The position numbers and the translations under genes are program-made. From NCBI GenBank assembly GCA_951406725.2, contig OX597814.1, positions 108,066,001-108,130,000 on the forward strand: a stretch of 64,000 bases of DNA, read 5' to 3'. Numbering within the stretch: position 1 is the stretch's first letter; each line of letters opens with the position of its first letter. This stretch comes from Octopus vulgaris (Eukaryota). Below are positions 60,163 to 64,000 of the stretch, in pieces. The notes beneath the pieces are model-generated. The model did not search any database and was not told the origin of the DNA. It saw nothing but the letters and a program-made list of their open reading frames with translations.

Positions 60163-60779
60163 AAAGCATGATGGGGATAACTTTGAAATAACTAGGATAC
60201 CTTCAAAACAACGAATGGGATAACTTCCAAAACAATGAAAGACATAACATGGAAACGACGACTGGGATATGAAAAAGACAACGGTGATAAAATGGAAACA
60301 TTGGAAGGCCAAATCGCTTGAGATCATAACACCCACATAACTAACATGGAAGCAATAATAGAGCTAACAACCAAAAGAGTGACACAGTTAAAACTAGTCA
60401 TTGATTCAGTGAACACAGAAATAGTGAAGTAGTGAATAAGGAAAGAGCAATGCAGAGAAACAGAGAAACAGTGACTGGATTAACATTGGAAAAGCAGCAG
60501 TCAACAAAGAAACAATAGAACAACCTTTAAAATAGCGATTGGCTTAGTATAAGAGGCATACAATCTATTTTCAATACTAAATGAAAATATTAAAATGAAG
60601 ACAGCTTCAAAGTTAATGTAAGAGTGACTGGGTGAACATGGAAAGAGTGACAGGGATAAGATGGGAAGAGTGACAGGGTTAAGATCGACAGTAAAAGACT
60701 GAAAAAGAGGTGCATATAAGAAGAGTGAAGCAGTTTGAGAGATTGAAATAGTTATTACTGAAGGAGTAAAAGAGATGAT

Positions 60780-61195
60780 AGTGAAAGGGAGAAGAGCAGT
60801 GAACAGTGAAAGGGAGAAGAGCAGTGAACAGTGAAAGAGAGAAGAGCAGTGAACAGTGAAAGAGAGAAGAGCAGTGAACAGTGAAAGAGAGAAGAGCAGT
60901 GAACAGTGAAAGAGAGAAGAGCAGTGAACAGTGAAAGAGAGAAGAGCAGTGAACAGTGAACAGTGAAAGATGGAAGCAGTGAACACTGAAAGAGAGAACC
61001 AATCAACACTGAAAGAGAGAACCAGTCAACACTGAAAGAGAGAACCAGTCAACACTGAAAGAGAGAACCAGTCAACACTGAAAGAGAGAACCAGTCAACA
61101 CTGAAAGAGAACCAGTCAACACTGAAAGAGAACCAGTGATCACCGAAAGAAAGAAGCAGTCAACATAGAAAGAGAAGAGCAGTGAACACTGAAAC
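60780..61195. repeat. 25-bp array followed by a 23-bp array
   Basis: AGTGAAAGAGAGAAGAGCAGTGAAC (~7 copies), then ACTGAAAGAGAGAACCAGTCAAC (~6 copies). Confidence 0.95.
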
Positions 61196-61713
61196 AGCAA
61201 AACAGTTAACATGGAGACAGCAATCTATCGGAATCTGAAACAATAACATGTTTAACATTAGAACAGCAATGTAGTTAACACTGCAACAGTATCACAGTGA
61301 ATGAGCAATGCAGTTAACATCGAAACAAAACTGCAGTTAATAGTCAAAGAATGGGCTGAAGCCAAAACAAAGTATGATGATGTTGGTTGAATAAACTTGC
61401 AAATGGCAATAGGGTTGGGGATGATCTGAAATCACATTTATAACAGAAGAAACAAAGAAATTCTTCAACTCTAAACCTGTAAGTTGCAAGCATGGCTGTG
61501 TGGTTGAGAAGCTTGCTTCCCAAACAATGTGGTTCTGGGTTCAGTCCAACTGTGTAGCATAGGACAAGTGTCTTCTACAACAGCTCAAGACTTACCAATG
61601 CTTTCTGAGTTGAATTTAGAAACTGAAAGCAGCACGTCATACATGTATATATATATATACATACACACACACACATATATACATACACACACACATATAT
61701 ATGCATAAACATA

Positions 61714-61945
61714 AGCTGGCATGGATTGGCCTGTTTGACAGGGGTCTGGGAAGCCAAGAGGCGTCACCAGGCTCCTGTCTGATCTGACAGTGTTTCTACA
61801 GCTGGATACCCTTTGTAACACCAACCATTCTGAGAGTGTAGTGGGTGGCTTTTATGTGCCACCGACACAGGGGCCAGAGGGACAGGCATTGGCCATGATT
61901 GGATGGTGCTTTTTACATGCCACTGGCACAGGAGCCAGTCAAGGC
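61714..61945 (-). mobile_element. 3' end of the same RTE LINE, inverted relative to 61946-63232
   Basis: Same 3'UTR motifs as the dispersed tails; directly fused to the RT fragment. Confidence 0.8.
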
Positions 61946-63232
61946 AAGGGTTAGGATTGGCAATGAGTAGAGTGAAGAATTCCGAGTAGAAGTAGGGATC
62001 CACCAAGGATCAGCCCTCGGCCCCCTCTTATTCATCATAGTCCTCCAGGCAATAACAGAGGAATTCAAAACAAATTGCTCCTGGGAGCTCCTCTATGCTG
62101 ATGACCTGGCCCTCATAACAGAATCACTATCAGAACTAGAGAACAAATTTCAAGTGTGGAAGCAAGATCTAGAATCGAAGGGCCTTGGAGTCAATGTTGC
62201 AAAGACCAAAGTTCTAGTAAGAAGGAAGGCGAACACATCACACACCCCTTCAGGTAGGTGGCCCTGCTCGATCTGCAGAAAAGGTGTAGGTAGAAACTCC
62301 ATAAGATGTACCCATTGTAAGCTATGGATGCATAAGAGGTGCAGCAACATCAAAGGAAGATAAACCAGGAAGATAGCTTTCGTGTGCGGCAGATGCACAG
62401 GGGCAATAGACACCACAGATACTCAGAAAGATTCCATCACACTCCAGGGGAAGAAACTAGAAGTAGTTGTTAGTTTCCACTACCTAGTTGACCAAGTTAG
62501 TAGTGGGAGTGGACGCTCAGAGAATGTCACCACTAGAATACAAATAGCCTGGGCAAAGTTTAGAAAGATTCTACCCCTACTGACTCTCGCTCAGAGTGAA
62601 AGGTAGATTGTATGATGCATGTGTGCGAACTGCCATGCTTCACGGTAGTGAAACATGGGCCATGACTGCTGAGGACATGTGTAGGCTTGAAAGAAATGAA
62701 GCCATTATGCTCTGCTGGATGTGTAATGTCAGTGCGCATACACAACAGAGTGTAAGCACCCCAAGAGAAATGGTAGACATAAGAAGCATCAGATGTAGTG
62801 TGCAAGAGAGACGTTTGCATTGGTATGGTCATGTACTGCAGGTGGACGAGGAGAGCTGTGTGAAGAAGTGCCACTCCCAAACAGTGGAAAAAATCCAGGA
62901 AGACATAGGATGATGTGGTGAAACATGACCTTCAAACGCTGGGCCTTACAGAGGCAATGACAAAAGACAGAGACCTTTGGAAGTATGCTGTGATTGAGAA
63001 GATCTGGCAAATAAAGTGAGTTCACAGCTGTAACCTATATTAGTGTCACATAACCAGCCCACTCAAAAGTACCGAGGATTGTAGGGTGACATGCCGTGTT
63101 TGAGGATACCTATTGAGTCAAGTACAGCAACATCAACTTCACTATCAAAATCAAATCAAATTACAATGAAATGGAAATTGTAGTAGTGGCCCGTGTCAGT
63201 GGCACGTAAAATGCACCATCCGAACGAGGCCG
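61946..63232 (+). mobile_element. RTE-clade LINE ORF2 remnant (RT with PHD-like insert, C-terminus, start of 3'UTR); decayed
   Basis: Translates to GIHQGSALGPLLFIIVL...LLYADDLAL...GLGVNVAKTK...FHYL...LYDACVRTAMLHGSETW...RRLHWYGHV; contains stops and frameshifts. Confidence 0.9.
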
Positions 63233-63699
63233 TTCTTAATTTGATCTATTAAATTTATTGTGTATTCTTTCTTACTGGGAATAGGCATATCCTTCAATGA
63301 TGAATTCCAATCTATTGGTTCAATCCTACCTGATAAATCGATAACCGACATGTGTCAGAAATATTAAAGGTGTAGCCGATAGTATAATACAATATTTATG
63401 AACATTTAAAAAAAAAACTTAGGAAATAATAATTATTCCATGTGTCAGAAATATTAAAGGTGTAGCCGATAGATAGTATAATACAATATTTATGAACATT
63501 TAAAAAAAACTTAGGGAATAATAATTATTCCAGGTTATCAGGATATTTACTATTTTACACTTTACTACTGCAAAACAAACAGTATCAATTATAATATATC
63601 AGGTAGGATTGAACCAATAGACTGGAATTCATCATTGAAGGATATATTTATTCCCAGCAAGAGAGAAGACACAATAAATTGAATAGATCAAATTAAGAA
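63233..63699. repeat. ~103-bp inverted repeat enclosing a ~90-bp tandem duplication
   Basis: 63233-63335 vs 63597-63699 inverted; 63349-63438 vs 63439-63531 direct. Confidence 0.9.
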
Positions 63700-64000
63700 T
63701 TTTTTTAAATAGAATAAAATGGAAGGCATACTTCTATGATAACAATAATTATTATTTAAAATATAAATAATTTTTAATTAATTCTAATGTACTTTATTTT
63801 ATTGTATGATATAGTAGGCTTTAAAATGCTTATATTATTAGATTAGTATTTTGGATATACCTTTCTATGTGTACTCTATAAAATAAGGTTGTCCTGAAAC
63901 TGAAGTTGTGGTCCTTTTGGTAAAATCCCAAATTTGTAATATATATATATATACACACACACACATATATATGTATATCGTTGCTATCATGCAAAAGTGT

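Overview
AT-rich, repeat-dense animal DNA; the repeat families suggest a coleoid cephalopod, probably Octopus (inference, no search run). The whole window lies inside one minus-strand gene, an RSPRY1 (RING finger and SPRY domain-containing 1) orthologue. I found nine coding exons with canonical GT-AG sites that join in frame (932 nt), including an 11-nt microexon at 16308-16318 that the ORF track misses. The N-terminal and RING-encoding exons were not found and appear to lie outside the window. The introns contain tRNA-derived SINEs, 5'-truncated RTE LINE ends, CR1 and R4/Dong-like fragments, Tc1/mariner, hAT and piggyBac MITEs, a Helitron, minisatellites and about 7 kb of TA/CA microsatellite. 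Main observations: (1) about ten minimal type I hammerhead ribozyme motifs of the Penelope/retrozyme kind in several repeat families, including a tRNA-headed SINE-like element carrying a hammerhead and a ~353-bp tandem unit with an intact catalytic core; (2) a template-switch inverted duplication bracketing an RSPRY1 exon, a candidate circRNA/ADAR substrate; (3) a PHD-like finger inside an RTE reverse transcriptase that also shows a twin-priming inversion. Protein and repeat-family assignments come from my recall of the families, not database searches. Repeat boundaries are approximate, and only representative SINE and LINE-tail copies are listed.
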